64,000 bases of DNA from Hyphomonas sp. 34-62-18 (GCA_002282565.1 NCJT01000003.1:10592-74591); one strand, 5' to 3'. Positions 35,919-47,301 are shown, counted from the stretch's first letter. The notes: generated by a model not told the origin, from the letters alone. A program made the numbers and translations.

Positions 35919-37814
35919 ATGAGCAAGATCATCGGTATCGACCTCGGCACCACCAACTCGTGCGTGGCCGTTATGGAAGGCGGCCAGGCCAAGGTCATCG
36001 AAAACGCAGAAGGCGCCCGCACGACCCCGTCGGTCGTCGCCTTCACCGAGGGCGGCGAACGCCTCATCGGCATGCCAGCCCGCCGGCAGGCAGTCACCAA
36101 CCCTGACTTCACCTTCTACGCCATCAAGCGCCTGATCGGGCGCACCTTCGACGATCCGACCGCGCAGAAGGACAAGGAATTGTCCCCCTTCGCCATCGTC
36201 AAAGGTCCCGCCGGCGACGCTTGGGTGAAAGGCCGCGACAAGGATTACGCGCCGCAGGAAATCTCCGCCTTCATCCTCACCAAGATGAAAGAGACCGCTG
36301 AAGCCTATCTCGGCTCCAAGGTCACCCAGGCGGTCATCACCGTTCCGGCCTACTTCAACGACGCCCAGCGCCAGGCCACGAAAGACGCTGGCCGTATCGC
36401 CGGTCTCGAAGTGCTCCGCATCATCAACGAGCCGACCGCGGCGGCCCTCGCCTATGGCCTCGACAAGGGCGGCAACAAGACCATCGCCGTCTACGACCTT
36501 GGCGGCGGCACGTTCGACGTCTCGCTGCTCGAAATCGGAGACGGCGTGTTCGAAGTGCTCTCCACCAATGGCGACACCTTCCTCGGCGGGGAAGACTTTG
36601 ACCTGCGCATCGTCGACTTCCTGGCGGCTGAGTTCAAGAAAGAGCAAGGCATTGACCTGAAGTCCGACAAGCTCGCCCTGCAGCGCCTCAAGGAAGAGGC
36701 CGAAAAGGCCAAGAAAGAGCTCTCCTCGGCCACCCAGTATGAAGTGAACCTGCCCTTCATCACGGCCGACGCCACGGGCCCGAAACACCTCAACATCAAG
36801 CTGACCCGCGCCAAGTTCGAAAGCCTGGTCGAGGATCTCGTCCAGCGCACCATCGAGCCGTGCAAGAAAGCCCTGAAAGACGCCGGCAAGTCGGCCTCCG
36901 ACATCGACGAAGTCGTGCTCGTCGGCGGCATGACGCGCATGCCGGCGGTCCAGGAAGCGGTGAAGAAATTCTTCGGCCGCGAGCCGCACAAGGGCGTCAA
37001 CCCGGATGAGGTCGTCGCCATCGGCGCCGCCATCCAGGGCGGCATCCTGCAGGGCGACGTGAAGGACGTGGTCCTCCTCGACGTGACCCCGCTCTCGCTC
37101 GGCATCGAAACCCTCGGCGGCGTGTTCACGCGCCTGATCGAGCGCAACACCACGATCCCGACGAAGAAGTCCCAGGTCTTCTCCACCGCCGAGGACAACC
37201 AGCCTGCGGTGACCATCAAGGTCGCCCAGGGCGAGCGCGAAATGGCCGCTGACAACAAGCAGCTCGGCCAGTTCAACCTCGAAGGCATTGCCCCGGCTCC
37301 GCGCGGCCTGCCGCAGATCGAGGTGACCTTCGACATCGACGCCAACGGCATCGTGTCGGTCTCCGCCAAGGACAAGGCCACCGGCAAGGAACAGCAGATC
37401 ACCATCCAGGCAGATGGCGGCCTCTCCGAAGCCGACATCAAGAAGATGATGGCCGATGCCGAAGCCAATGCCGGCGCCGACAAGGCCCGCCGCGAACTGG
37501 TCGAAGCGAAAAACCATGCCGAAGCGCTGATCCACCAGACCGAAAAGCAGATGATCGAGCATGGCTCGAAAGTCACCGACGCGGTCAAAGGCGAGATCGA
37601 GAAAGCCATCGCCGACCTGAAAGAGGCCGCTGCCGGCGACAACACCGCCGACATCACCGCCAAGCATCAGGCCTTGATGAACGCCGCGATGAAACTCGGT
37701 GAGGCCATCTATGCCGCCCAAGGCGCTGGCGCGACAGATGGCGAAGCCCCGGCCTCTTCGGGCAATGACGATGTCGTCGATGCCGACTTCGAAGAAGTCG
37801 ACGAGCGCAAGTAA
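35919..37814 (+). CDS. dnaK: Molecular chaperone DnaK (Hsp70)
   Basis: 631 aa. [38 protein letters not shown]. Confidence 0.98.
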   Translation: MSKIIGIDLGTTNSCVAVMEGGQAKVIENAEGARTTPSVVAFTEGGERLIGMPARRQAVTNPDFTFYAIKRLIGRTFDDPTAQKDKELSPFAIVKGPAGDAWVKGRDKDYAPQEISAFILTKMKETAEAYLGSKVTQAVITVPAYFNDAQRQATKDAGRIAGLEVLRIINEPTAAALAYGLDKGGNKTIAVYDLGGGTFDVSLLEIGDGVFEVLSTNGDTFLGGEDFDLRIVDFLAAEFKKEQGIDLKSDKLALQRLKEEAEKAKKELSSATQYEVNLPFITADATGPKHLNIKLTRAKFESLVEDLVQRTIEPCKKALKDAGKSASDIDEVVLVGGMTRMPAVQEAVKKFFGREPHKGVNPDEVVAIGAAIQGGILQGDVKDVVLLDVTPLSLGIETLGGVFTRLIERNTTIPTKKSQVFSTAEDNQPAVTIKVAQGEREMAADNKQLGQFNLEGIAPAPRGLPQIEVTFDIDANGIVSVSAKDKATGKEQQITIQADGGLSEADIKKMMADAEANAGADKARRELVEAKNHAEALIHQTEKQMIEHGSKVTDAVKGEIEKAIADLKEAAAGDNTADITAKHQALMNAAMKLGEAIYAAQGAGATDGEAPASSGNDDVVDADFEEVDERK

Positions 37815-37837
37815 TCGCAGTTCGTCCCGACACAAAC

Positions 37838-37872
37838 AAAACCCCGCCAGAGAAATCCGGCGGGGTTTTTTG
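37838..37872 (+). terminator. Rho-independent terminator after dnaK
   Basis: CCCCGCC-N10-GGCGGGG followed by TTTTTT. Confidence 0.85.
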
Positions 37873-37895
37873 ATTCTGGAGGTGAAAATGCCGCG

Positions 37896-38879
<984 letters not shown>

Positions 38880-38935
38880 CTAGATCAGTTCCCGGACTGC
38901 CGCAAAGCCGCGCAGGCAAGCGCCCGCCCCGGAAC

Positions 38936-38978
38936 CTCGTTGGAGCCTGATTGGATTTTTTGCAAAAGCTCCAACGAG
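38936..38978. repeat. Perfect 11-bp inverted repeat with a 21-nt loop that itself contains the palindrome TTTTGCAAAA
   Basis: CTCGTTGGAGC (38936-38946) and GCTCCAACGAG (38968-38978). Lies in the pip / hypothetical divergent intergenic region. Confidence 0.6.
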
Positions 38979-39000
38979 ACGATTGCGCTCCCTCACCGGG

Positions 39001-39046
39001 CCCCACCCCAACCCTCCCCATAGCCATGGGGAGGGATAGGGTGGGG
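39001..39046. repeat. REP-like nested palindrome
   Basis: CCCCACCC..GGGTGGGG encloses CCCTCCCCAT-AGCC-ATGGGGAGGG. Confidence 0.6.
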
Positions 39047-39199
39047 TACCTCTCCGCAATCCGCGCCTCGGAAAAAGAGGGATAACCCCCTGCCTATCCA
39101 ACACCTCAAACCGCTTGAAACCCAGCCGCGCCGACAGATCCCGGATCATCTCCCCCCGCCCAATCCGGCGGGCTTCGCGCGCCCTCTATCCTCGCGACC

Positions 39200-39586
39200 A
39201 TGGATTACGCCCCCGCCACCCCGCTGCCCGGCCTCAGCCTGCTTCAGCGCCTTCTCTGGCCGCTGATCTATCTGCAGCTGATTGCCCTGCGCGACTGGGT
39301 GCGCAAACATTATGGCCGCGGCGTGCCCTACTGGATCACCATTTCGAAATTCGGCCGCGTCCGCCTGCGCCATCTGCCTACGGATTTTGCGTTCAGTGAG
39401 GCCGCGCCCGTCAGCTATGAACGGTTCGGCTATGACTATACGTCCGGCCTGACGCGCGCCTTGCTCGCGGATACCTTCGCCGAAGAGGAAACCCCGCCTG
39501 CGCCCGCGCCGGTGCGCGTCCTCCTCTGGCTTGCCATGCCCGAAACGCAATCGGGGCAGGCCACACCCCACCCCGACACGTCTTGA
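39200..39586 (+). CDS. Hypothetical protein
   Basis: 128-aa ORF with one hydrophobic N-terminal segment. No family recognised. Coding status rests only on ORF length and position. Confidence 0.35.
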   Translation: MDYAPATPLPGLSLLQRLLWPLIYLQLIALRDWVRKHYGRGVPYWITISKFGRVRLRHLPTDFAFSEAAPVSYERFGYDYTSGLTRALLADTFAEEETPPAPAPVRVLLWLAMPETQSGQATPHPDTS

Positions 39587-39669
39587 TCTCATTTTCCGTC
39601 CCCGGATTACCGAGGATCAGCGCTTTCGCCGGGCAGCCCAAGGGCTGCGCCGGGCAAAGGCGCTGGAGA

Positions 39670-40659
39670 TCACATCGTCACCACGACCTTGCCTTGTGCC
39701 TTGCGGTCCTGCAGTTCACGGATCGCATCGGCCGCCTGCTCCAGCGGGTAGCTGTTGGAGACATGCGGGCGGATCTTGCCAGCCTTGTAGAGGTCGAACA
39801 GTTCCTTGACGTTCTGCTGGTGCGCCTTCGGGTCTCGCGCCACCGCCGCGCCCCAGAATACACCGCGCACATCGCAGCTTTTCAGAAGCGTCAGATTCAG
39901 CGGCAGTTTCGGAATGCCTGCTGGGAAGCCGATCACCAGGAAACGCCCTTCCCAGTTCATCGCGCGCACGGCTGGCTCGGCATAATTGCCGCCCACACCG
40001 TCATAGATGATGTCGACCCCGCCACCGGAAATCGCCTTGATGTCCTCGGAGAATTTCTTCTGCCCGTCCCGGTCGAGCTCGCGCTCATAGACAAGGCCCT
40101 TGTCGGCGCCCTTGGAGAGGCAGAAGTCCACCTTCTCCTGGCTTGAGCAGGCTGCGATCACTTCCAGGCCCATCGCCTTGCCCAGCTCCACCGCAGCGAT
40201 ACCCACGCCGCCCGCTGCGCCCAGCACCAGCAGCTTCTCGCCCGGCTTGGGGTCACCCCGGTCCTTGATGGCATAATAGGAGGTGCCATAGGTCATCAGG
40301 AAGGCGGCCGCCTCTTCAAACGGCATCCCTTCGGGGATCGGCATGACGCCATGCGCAGGCGCCAGGCAATATTCCGCCATCCCGCCATTGCCGGTCGACG
40401 CCAGAACGCGGTCACCGGCCTTCACATGGGAGACGCCCTCGCCCACAGCGGAGACGACGCCCGCCACTTCCCCGCCCGGAGAGAACGGGCGCGGCGGCTT
40501 GAACTGGTACATGTCCTGGATGATCAGCACGTCCGGATAGTTCACCCCGCAGGCCTTCACCTGCACCAGAACCTGGCCTTTGCCCGGGGTGGGAATAGCC
40601 ACATCCTCGATCACCAGTGCTTCGGGTCCGCCCACCACTTTCGACAGTACGGCTTTCAT
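39670..40659 (-). CDS. NADPH:quinone oxidoreductase family (MDR/zeta-crystallin-like)
   Basis: 329 aa. [26 protein letters not shown] Rossmann motif. Confidence 0.85.
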   Translation of the reverse strand: MKAVLSKVVGGPEALVIEDVAIPTPGKGQVLVQVKACGVNYPDVLIIQDMYQFKPPRPFSPGGEVAGVVSAVGEGVSHVKAGDRVLASTGNGGMAEYCLAPAHGVMPIPEGMPFEEAAAFLMTYGTSYYAIKDRGDPKPGEKLLVLGAAGGVGIAAVELGKAMGLEVIAACSSQEKVDFCLSKGADKGLVYERELDRDGQKKFSEDIKAISGGGVDIIYDGVGGNYAEPAVRAMNWEGRFLVIGFPAGIPKLPLNLTLLKSCDVRGVFWGAAVARDPKAHQQNVKELFDLYKAGKIRPHVSNSYPLEQAADAIRELQDRKAQGKVVVTM

Positions 40660-40756
40660 ATGCCTCTCCCTTCAAAGCTTGTTGTTTCGACCTTCAGACG
40701 GTAGCCATGCCGCGAGCAGGCGCCAAGCCTTACGCGACGGGAAAGGAACCATTGCG

Positions 40757-41629
40757 ATGTCGAAAATCTGGGCCATCGCCATCCATGGCGGCGCCGGACC
40801 GATCCCCGGCCGCGATTACGCACCAGAAGAAGCCCACATCGCCGGGCTCCTGAAGCGCGGCGCTGACGCGCTCGCGGGCGGCGAAGCCGCGCTCGATGTC
40901 GTCGAAGCCATGGTGATCGACCTGGAAGCCTCCGGTCTCTATGTCGCCGGCAAGGGCGCCAGCCCCAATACCGCTGGCGAATGGGAACTCGACGCCGCCC
41001 TCATGGACGGGCGCACGCGCAATGCCGGCGCTGTCGGCGCGCTGCAGGGCTTCGAAAGCCCCATCCGCGCCGCTCGCGTGGTGCTTGAAAAAACACCCAA
41101 CGTTCTGATCGTCGGCAAGGGCGCCGCCAGCATCGCCGGCGCCGCAGGCCTCGCCCGCGTCAGCGATCCGGCAAGCTATTATGGCGCGGTCGACGAAGAC
41201 ACCGTCCAGGATGGCAGCGTCCAGATGGGCACCGTCGGCGCCGTCGCGCTGGATGTTTATGGCGACATGGCCGCCGCCACCTCAACCGGCGGCGTCCTCT
41301 CCAAGACGCCCGGCCGGATCGGCGACACGCCGATCATCGGCGCAGGCACTTGGGCGGACGAGCGCTGCGCCATTTCCTGCACCGGCCTTGGCGAATACTT
41401 CATCCGCGCCAATGCCGCCGCCGATGTGTCCGCCCGCATCCGTTATGGCGGTGATACGCTGGGCCCTGCCCTCAAGGGCGCCCTAGATGACGTCAAACGC
41501 CTCGGCGGCAATGGCGGCATGATCGGTGTCTCCGCCAATGGCGATCTCGCAGCTGGGTTCAACTCCAGCGGACTGAAACGTGGCCTGGCTGACTGGAAAG
41601 GCCGCTTCGAAGTGGCAACCTTCCTATGA
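40757..41629 (+). CDS. Isoaspartyl peptidase / L-asparaginase (Ntn hydrolase)
   Basis: ORF trimmed to [14 protein letters not shown]. The autoprocessing-site context is [16 protein letters not shown] block. Confidence 0.85.
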   Translation: MSKIWAIAIHGGAGPIPGRDYAPEEAHIAGLLKRGADALAGGEAALDVVEAMVIDLEASGLYVAGKGASPNTAGEWELDAALMDGRTRNAGAVGALQGFESPIRAARVVLEKTPNVLIVGKGAASIAGAAGLARVSDPASYYGAVDEDTVQDGSVQMGTVGAVALDVYGDMAAATSTGGVLSKTPGRIGDTPIIGAGTWADERCAISCTGLGEYFIRANAAADVSARIRYGGDTLGPALKGALDDVKRLGGNGGMIGVSANGDLAAGFNSSGLKRGLADWKGRFEVATFL

Positions 41630-41946
41630 CCGTACTTTTCTGGGCCCTCGCCGTCATTATCGTCTTCGCCATCGCGCTGGCCGCGCAGATGCGGATGATG
41701 ATCTCCATGGTTCTGCGCCGGGCGCTGGCGGCAAAGTTCGGCGGCGGCCCGAACGATGTTGAATATCGCGCGGCCATCCTGTCTCTTGGCCGGGGCCCTG
41801 CCGATACCGAGGCGGCAAAATATCTGGAGGCGGAATATCCAAAACCGCTCGCCCATATGAAGCTCGCCCGGCGCGTATCTCTGGCTGGCCCGCTGGCGCT
41901 TCTGATTGTCGTGGCCATCGGGCGCTTCGGGCTGGAGGTGTTCTGA
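41626..41946 (+). CDS. Two-TM membrane protein (hypothetical)
   Basis: 106 aa with hydrophobic N- and C-terminal helices. 4-nt overlaps with both neighbours suggest co-translation. Confidence 0.45.
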   Translation: MTVLFWALAVIIVFAIALAAQMRMMISMVLRRALAAKFGGGPNDVEYRAAILSLGRGPADTEAAKYLEAEYPKPLAHMKLARRVSLAGPLALLIVVAIGRFGLEVF

Positions 41947-42476
41947 TGCGGGGCTATTTCGCAATCGGCTCTGAGCGGATTTCCAAACCGATGAACCTCG
42001 GCGCGCTCATGCGAACGGCCCATGCCTTTGGCGCGAGCTTCGTGTTCTCCATCGACGCCGAACGCAATCTGAAGGAAGCCTACGCATCAGACACATCCAA
42101 ATCCGCCGGCCAGATCCCCTATTATCAGTGGGACTCCCTGGATGACATGCAGCTACCCAGAGGATGCCAGCTTGTGGGCATTGAACTGACCGATGATGCC
42201 GTGGAACTGCCCGTCTTCCGGCATCCTCCGCAGGCGGCCTATATTCTGGGGCCTGAAAAGGGGAACCTGTCTGCCGCCGCCCTCGACCGCTGCGCGCATG
42301 TTGTGAAGATCCCGACGCGCTTCTGCATCAATGTCAGCCTGGCGGGCGCGCTGGTGATGTATGACCGCCACCTGTCGATGGGCGGTTATGGGCCAAGGCC
42401 AATCATGCCGGGCGGGCCAGACGGGGTGCGCCGCAAGCATGTTCCGGGTCCGGACAGAAAGAAGCCCGGTAGCTGA
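41946..42476 (+). CDS. SpoU/TrmH family RNA methyltransferase
   Basis: [41 protein letters not shown], and IP..FCINVSLAGALVMYD knot motifs. Confidence 0.75.
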   Translation: MRGYFAIGSERISKPMNLGALMRTAHAFGASFVFSIDAERNLKEAYASDTSKSAGQIPYYQWDSLDDMQLPRGCQLVGIELTDDAVELPVFRHPPQAAYILGPEKGNLSAAALDRCAHVVKIPTRFCINVSLAGALVMYDRHLSMGGYGPRPIMPGGPDGVRRKHVPGPDRKKPGS

Positions 42477-42481
42477 CCGCC

Positions 42482-43165
42482 TCAGCGAACGCCGAGCAGC
42501 TTTTGCACCATGCCCATGACACCGGTAAACCGCAGCCCGCCATCGCGCACGGCCAGGGCATAGCAAACCTCATCGTCATCTGCGACGGGTTGGTGTGTGT
42601 CACGGGGACCATTGATGCAGACATCACCCGGCCCATAACTGCCGCGCTCATCGGTGAAGCCGCCGCTGAGCACCATCGTGAATTCGTTCCCGCCATGGGA
42701 ATGGCGCGGGATTTTGGAGCCTGCAGAGATCCGATAGAGCTCCACATCCATCGATGAGCCGACATCCAGCCGGAGCCGCTTGAGGCCGAGACCGAGCATC
42801 TGCCAGCCTTGGCGGCCAGCCGCATCCAGCGCCGCTGAGCGGACAGGTTCGGGAAGCTCAAGCAGCTCGCTGAGCGCGTCACCGGCAGACTTGCCCGCCG
42901 CGCGCTGCATCTCTTCGGGAGCCTCCAGCGCATCGATCATTGCCAGCGTGCGCTCGAGGGCGCCTTCGCTCAGCCGGGCAACAGGGGCAGCTTCCAGAAA
43001 ACTGCCGGAAATCATTTCACTGAGCGCAACAGAACTGCGCACATCGGCACGCATCAGGCTTTGCGCTTCCAGCATCATCGCAAATGCCGGGTCTATGCAT
43101 CCTGCTGCATAGGCGCTGTAAAGTTCGCTGAAGGCGTTTTGGGAGGCAGCAGTCATAGGCGTCAA
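42482..43165 (-). CDS. chrR: ChrR-type anti-sigma factor (cupin C-domain), N-domain lacking the zinc (ZAS) ligands
   Basis: N-terminal SELYSAYAAG..AFAMMLEAQ aligns to the ChrR anti-sigma domain. The C-terminal cupin RHSHGGNEFTMVLSG retains its metal ligands. Located downstream of rpoE. Confidence 0.75.
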   Translation of the reverse strand: MTPMTAASQNAFSELYSAYAAGCIDPAFAMMLEAQSLMRADVRSSVALSEMISGSFLEAAPVARLSEGALERTLAMIDALEAPEEMQRAAGKSAGDALSELLELPEPVRSAALDAAGRQGWQMLGLGLKRLRLDVGSSMDVELYRISAGSKIPRHSHGGNEFTMVLSGGFTDERGSYGPGDVCINGPRDTHQPVADDDEVCYALAVRDGGLRFTGVMGMVQKLLGVR

Positions 43166-43245
43166 AAAATCTCGTGTGTTCAGGCAAAGATTGTCCGGTT
43201 TGGCCTTTCGTCAAGCCGACACATCCTGAGATTGCAGTTGCTGTG

Positions 43246-43872
43246 TCAGACACCTGCCTCCAGTTCGCCTTTGAGCCGCATGAAGGCAAGGCGGATCCGT
43301 GACTTCACCGTGCCGAGCGGAAGGTTGAACGCCCGCGCGATTTCCGAGTGCGAAAGCCCGTCATAGAAGGCCGCCTGAACCAGGATCAACTGGTCCTGCG
43401 GCAGGCTTGTCAGCCGGTCGCGCACCACAGCGTCGATCTGATCGCGGGCAAGCGTCTCATCCGGGGTCTGGATCTCCGGAGGCTGGAGGATGGGGTCATC
43501 GGCGCTTAACTCAGGACGGCGCTGGCGGCGCTGCGCATCGATCCGGCGGTTGCGCGCGATTCTGAAAATCCAAGTAGAAACAGAAGCTTGATTGCGATCA
43601 TACATTCCCGCCTTCTGCCAGACGGTGATCATGACATCCTGGGCCAGTTCTTCGGCTTCTGCATCCCCTGCTCCAAGGCGGAGCATGAACGCTTTCACGC
43701 GCGGCGCATAAAAGCTGAACAATTCCGAGAACGCCGCGCGGCAGCGGCGCTCCGCAATCGCAGCCATCTGGTCTGCGTGCTGCTCCCGCATTACCGGGTC
43801 TGCTGTGCGGACGGTATGGTCAAACACGCGCCGGGCCTTTCGGGGATACGAACGCGCATTGTCTGTCTTCAT
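43246..43872 (-). CDS. rpoE: ECF sigma factor RpoE (ChrR-partnered group)
   Basis: Region 2 DVMITVWQKAGMYD..WIFRIARNRRID and region 4 LSHSEIARAFNLPLGTVKSRIRLA. Start at 43872 (MKTDN) or 43890. Confidence 0.85.
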   Translation of the reverse strand: MKTDNARSYPRKARRVFDHTVRTADPVMREQHADQMAAIAERRCRAAFSELFSFYAPRVKAFMLRLGAGDAEAEELAQDVMITVWQKAGMYDRNQASVSTWIFRIARNRRIDAQRRQRRPELSADDPILQPPEIQTPDETLARDQIDAVVRDRLTSLPQDQLILVQAAFYDGLSHSEIARAFNLPLGTVKSRIRLAFMRLKGELEAGV

Positions 43873-43998
43873 GAACCGCAAGGCAACCATGGCGCTTGTA
43901 ATTTCCTTTTTACGCTCGTTTCAGGTGTTTTGCTTGAGAATGCCCCCGGTGTATGGGTCTGGGAGCGTCGGAGGTACTGTGTGAGTATTTTATCTAAC

Positions 43999-44514
43999 AT
44001 GCAACAAAAAACGTCACGTGTATTGCGGCCTCTCGGTCTCGTGATCCTTGCGGCAGCCACTGCCGGGGCCGCCGCCGCCGAACCCAAAGCCCTCGGCCGC
44101 TTCAAGGACTGGGCTGTTTTCACCGAGGAAAGCGGGGGCGACCTGATCTGCTATGCCGCCACAGAGGCGAACTCGAAGGCGCCTTCTTCGGTCAAGCATG
44201 GTGAGGTCTGGTATTATGTGACCAGCTGGAAATCCGGCCAGGCCAGGAACCAGCCGAGTTTCCGCGTGACCTATGATCTGAAGGCGAGCAAAGCCCCCAA
44301 GACGGCGATCGGGCGCTCCTCCTGGCAAATGTTTGTTGCCGGCCGCGAGGCTTTCGCAGACGACGCAGACGATCCGCGCATCGTGGACGCACTTAAAAAA
44401 GGCTCAAGCCTGACGGTCACGGCCCAATCGGCGCGCGGAACCAATGTCACCTACCGATTCTCGCTCAGCGGCTCGGCCGACGCCATTTCCAAGGCGGAGG
44501 AAGCTTGCCGCTAG
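43999..44514 (+). CDS. Invasion-associated locus B (IalB) family periplasmic protein
   Basis: ORF 43588..44514 trimmed to MQQKTSRVLRPLGLVILAAATAGAAAA (signal). FKDWAVFTEESGGDLICYAAT is typical. Confidence 0.7.
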   Translation: MQQKTSRVLRPLGLVILAAATAGAAAAEPKALGRFKDWAVFTEESGGDLICYAATEANSKAPSSVKHGEVWYYVTSWKSGQARNQPSFRVTYDLKASKAPKTAIGRSSWQMFVAGREAFADDADDPRIVDALKKGSSLTVTAQSARGTNVTYRFSLSGSADAISKAEEACR

Positions 44515-45152
44515 GATTTTCCGCGCGGCAAAACAAACTGATCGGGAAACTTCCCTTCGGCCGCGCGGTAACTGTCCAGCACTTTCGCCATGTCGGCGGC
44601 CATGTCTCCGGTCAGCGCCATTGGCCCGTCGAGCCGCACGACATGTGTCTTGTAGTCGAGCACGGCCATGATCAGGGGCACACCGGCCGAACGGGCGATG
44701 TGATAGAAGCCGGTCTTCCAGTCCGCATTGGCCTTGCGTGTGCCCTCGGGTGCCACAGCCAGATGCATCACCGGGCGCCCGGCAAATGCGGCGCGTATCT
44801 GTTCGACCACGTCATTTGAACTTGACCGTTCCACCGGTACACAGCCTGCCCGCCGGACCAGCCATCCCAGCGGGCCTTTGACCAGCGCGGCCTTGCCCAT
44901 CCAGCTTAGTTTCACTCTATACCAGCCGGCCACCGCCAGCATTGTCAGCCCATCCCAGTTGGACGTGTGCGGCGCCGCTACAATCACCGACTTCGGGATG
45001 TCCGGCCAGTCAGAACCGACACGCCAGCCTGTGGCCTTCAGATACAGCCAGGATAGCCCGCGTATGAATTCGGACCAGAGCCCCCGATAGGGCGCGCTTT
45101 TGCCGAATGGGCCCCTCCGCGAGGGCGCTTGTGGATCATCATCGCGTGTCAT
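44511..45152 (-). CDS. 1-acyl-sn-glycerol-3-phosphate acyltransferase-like protein
   Basis: HxxxxD motif in APHTSNWDG, and the later APEGTR block. Confidence 0.75.
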   Translation of the reverse strand: MTRDDDPQAPSRRGPFGKSAPYRGLWSEFIRGLSWLYLKATGWRVGSDWPDIPKSVIVAAPHTSNWDGLTMLAVAGWYRVKLSWMGKAALVKGPLGWLVRRAGCVPVERSSSNDVVEQIRAAFAGRPVMHLAVAPEGTRKANADWKTGFYHIARSAGVPLIMAVLDYKTHVVRLDGPMALTGDMAADMAKVLDSYRAAEGKFPDQFVLPRGKS

Positions 45153-45236
45153 TGCGCCACGATCAGCGTTTCGCGGCCGGGCGCCACCTACTCCTGCGGG
45201 AATTCCTGCAGAAATCGGGCCTTCGTCTCAACGGAA

Positions 45237-45266
45237 ACGGGCGGCAGCCTTAAGGCCGCCGCCCGT
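45237..45266 (-). terminator. Candidate terminator hairpin after the OmpA-like gene
   Basis: ACGGGCGGC..GCCGCCCGT stem. On the minus strand it is followed by TTTCCGTT, a weak T tract. Confidence 0.4.
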
Positions 45267-45297
45267 TCAATCCTACCTGCCCTACCGGGCAAAGGGG

Positions 45298-45933
45298 TTA
45301 CTGGGTAACCGGCGTCAGGATGATTTCCACGCGGCGGTTCTGCTGGCGGCCAGCTTCGGTGGAGTTATCCGCCACCGGATAGTCGATGCCCATGCCCACA
45401 GCGGTCATGCGTACCGATTGAACACCCTGATTGACAAGGTAGCTGCGCACAGCGTCAGCACGCTGCTGCGAGAGGCGCTGGTTGAAATCGCGCGCGCCTT
45501 CGGAAGAGGCGTGGCCGCGAATGTCAACCGCCGTCGACGGGTACTCGTTCAGCGTGGCGGCAACCTGGTTCAGCGTCTGGAAGAAGGCCGGCTGGATCTG
45601 GGCGCTGCCCTGCTGGAAGGAGATGCCCGACGGCATGGTCAGCGCGATCTGGTCGCCCTGACGTTCCACTTCGATTCCGGTGCCAGCGGTCTGCTGGCGC
45701 AGTTTTTCTTCCTGCTTGTCCATGTAGACGCCCACCGAAGCGCCGGCGATGGCACCGACGGCTGCGCCGATGGCGGCGTTCCGCTTGTCGTCGCCGCCGG
45801 CCATCATGCCAGCGCCAGCGCCGAGGATGGCACCGGCCGCGCCCGTGGTCAGCACGCGCTGGCTCGGCCCGGTTTCACAGGCATGTACGATCGGCAGCAT
45901 GAGCGCAGCCGCAATGAGAACTGATTTCTTCAT
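45298..45933 (-). CDS. OmpA-family lipoprotein with a glycine-zipper segment
   Basis: ORF trimmed to MKKSVLIAAALMLPIVHAC. GAAGAILGAGAGMMAGG zipper. The C-terminal OmpA domain has NQRLSQQRADAV and RRVEI. Confidence 0.85.
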   Translation of the reverse strand: MKKSVLIAAALMLPIVHACETGPSQRVLTTGAAGAILGAGAGMMAGGDDKRNAAIGAAVGAIAGASVGVYMDKQEEKLRQQTAGTGIEVERQGDQIALTMPSGISFQQGSAQIQPAFFQTLNQVAATLNEYPSTAVDIRGHASSEGARDFNQRLSQQRADAVRSYLVNQGVQSVRMTAVGMGIDYPVADNSTEAGRQQNRRVEIILTPVTQ

Positions 45934-46121
45934 GAGAAGGACTCCCTTTGGATGAAGTTGCGTTGCCGCCTGTGGCATGACCGACATGAACGGGAGCCAA
46001 CCGGGCGGGGATTTTTCTATTTCTCCCCTAAAATGAAGGGATTTTGCCATTCTGGCGCGTTAAAATCTGTCCATGTTCGCGCCGTTTTCCTTGTGCGCCT
46101 GCTCATGCTATAGGCCCGCCC

Positions 46122-47291
46122 ATGACAATCACCCTCGACCTCAGCCGCCGCAGCAACGCTTTGCCTGGCAAGAAACGCCTCACCGGGCTTTCGGTTCCGG
46201 CGCTGAAAGCGGAACTTGAAGCGATGGGCCTTGAGCCCAAACCGGCCAGCATGCGCGCGCGCCAGCTGCGCCGCTGGATTCACCATTTCGGGGTGACCGA
46301 CTTTGCGGCGATGACAGACATTGCCAAGGACCTGCGCGCTCAGCTTGCTGAAAAGTTTGAGCTGGACCGTCCGGACATCGCCGACCATCAGGTGAGCCGC
46401 GACGGCACCCAGAAATGGCTGACCCGCTACGCGCCAGGCATTGAAGGCGAAAGCGTCTACATTCCGGATGTCGGCAAGGCGGGGGCGCTGTGCGTCTCCT
46501 CGCAGGTCGGCTGTACGCTCAACTGCACCTTCTGCCATACCGGCACGCAGGCGCTGGTGCGCAATCTCACCGCACAGGAGATTGTCCAGCAGGTCATCAT
46601 TGCACGCGACGCGCTGGCCGAATGGCCCTCCTCGAATGAAGACCGCCGCCTGACGAATATCGTCTTCATGGGCATGGGCGAACCCCTCTACAATCTCGAC
46701 AATGTCGCCGAGGCGATTGACACGATTTCCGATGGCGATGGCATTTCCATCGGCCGGCGCCGCATCACGGTCTCAACGGCCGGTGTAGCTCCGAAGATCC
46801 CGGAACTTGGCGCCCGCACCGGCGCCATGCTCGCCATCTCGCTGCATGCGACCAATGATGACCTGCGCAACGAACTCGTGCCGCTGAACCGGAAGTATGA
46901 CATCAAGACGCTGTTCGACGCCATCCGTGCGTACCCGGATCTTGGCAATTCGAAACGGGTAACCTTCGAATATGTGATGCTCAAGGGCGTCAACGACACG
47001 CTGGCCGAAGCGCGCGACCTTGTGAAACTGCTGAAGGGCGTGCCCTCGAAGATCAACCTCATCCCCTTCAACCCCTGGCCGGGCTCACCCTATGAGTGCT
47101 CTGACTGGGAGACGATCGAGGCCTTTGCCGAAGTGCTGAACCGGGCGGGCTATGCCTCCCCCATCCGCACGCCGCGGGGCCGGGACATTCTGGCCGCATG
47201 CGGCCAGCTGCGTTCTGAAAGCGTCAAGGTGCGCGCCAGCGAACTGCGCAAGCAGCGGCTCGCCACTGAAGGCTCTGAAGCACAAGGCTAG
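46122..47291 (+). CDS. rlmN: 23S rRNA/tRNA adenine-C2 methyltransferase RlmN (radical SAM)
   Basis: ORF trimmed to [25 protein letters not shown] cluster motif, and the GMGEPL, ISLHA and IPFNPWPG blocks. Confidence 0.9.
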   Translation: MTITLDLSRRSNALPGKKRLTGLSVPALKAELEAMGLEPKPASMRARQLRRWIHHFGVTDFAAMTDIAKDLRAQLAEKFELDRPDIADHQVSRDGTQKWLTRYAPGIEGESVYIPDVGKAGALCVSSQVGCTLNCTFCHTGTQALVRNLTAQEIVQQVIIARDALAEWPSSNEDRRLTNIVFMGMGEPLYNLDNVAEAIDTISDGDGISIGRRRITVSTAGVAPKIPELGARTGAMLAISLHATNDDLRNELVPLNRKYDIKTLFDAIRAYPDLGNSKRVTFEYVMLKGVNDTLAEARDLVKLLKGVPSKINLIPFNPWPGSPYECSDWETIEAFAEVLNRAGYASPIRTPRGRDILAACGQLRSESVKVRASELRKQRLATEGSEAQG

Positions 47292-47301
47292 CCGCCTGCG
47301 T

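Noticed and set aside
35799-37835. 678-aa ORF antisense to dnaK
   Set aside because: It is opposite a near-perfect Hsp70 sequence and is a low-complexity GC-artefact translation.
38880-39149. 89-aa ORF in the pip upstream region
   Set aside because: It reads straight through the REP-like palindromes (translating to ..PSPWLWGGLGWG..). It is more likely non-coding.
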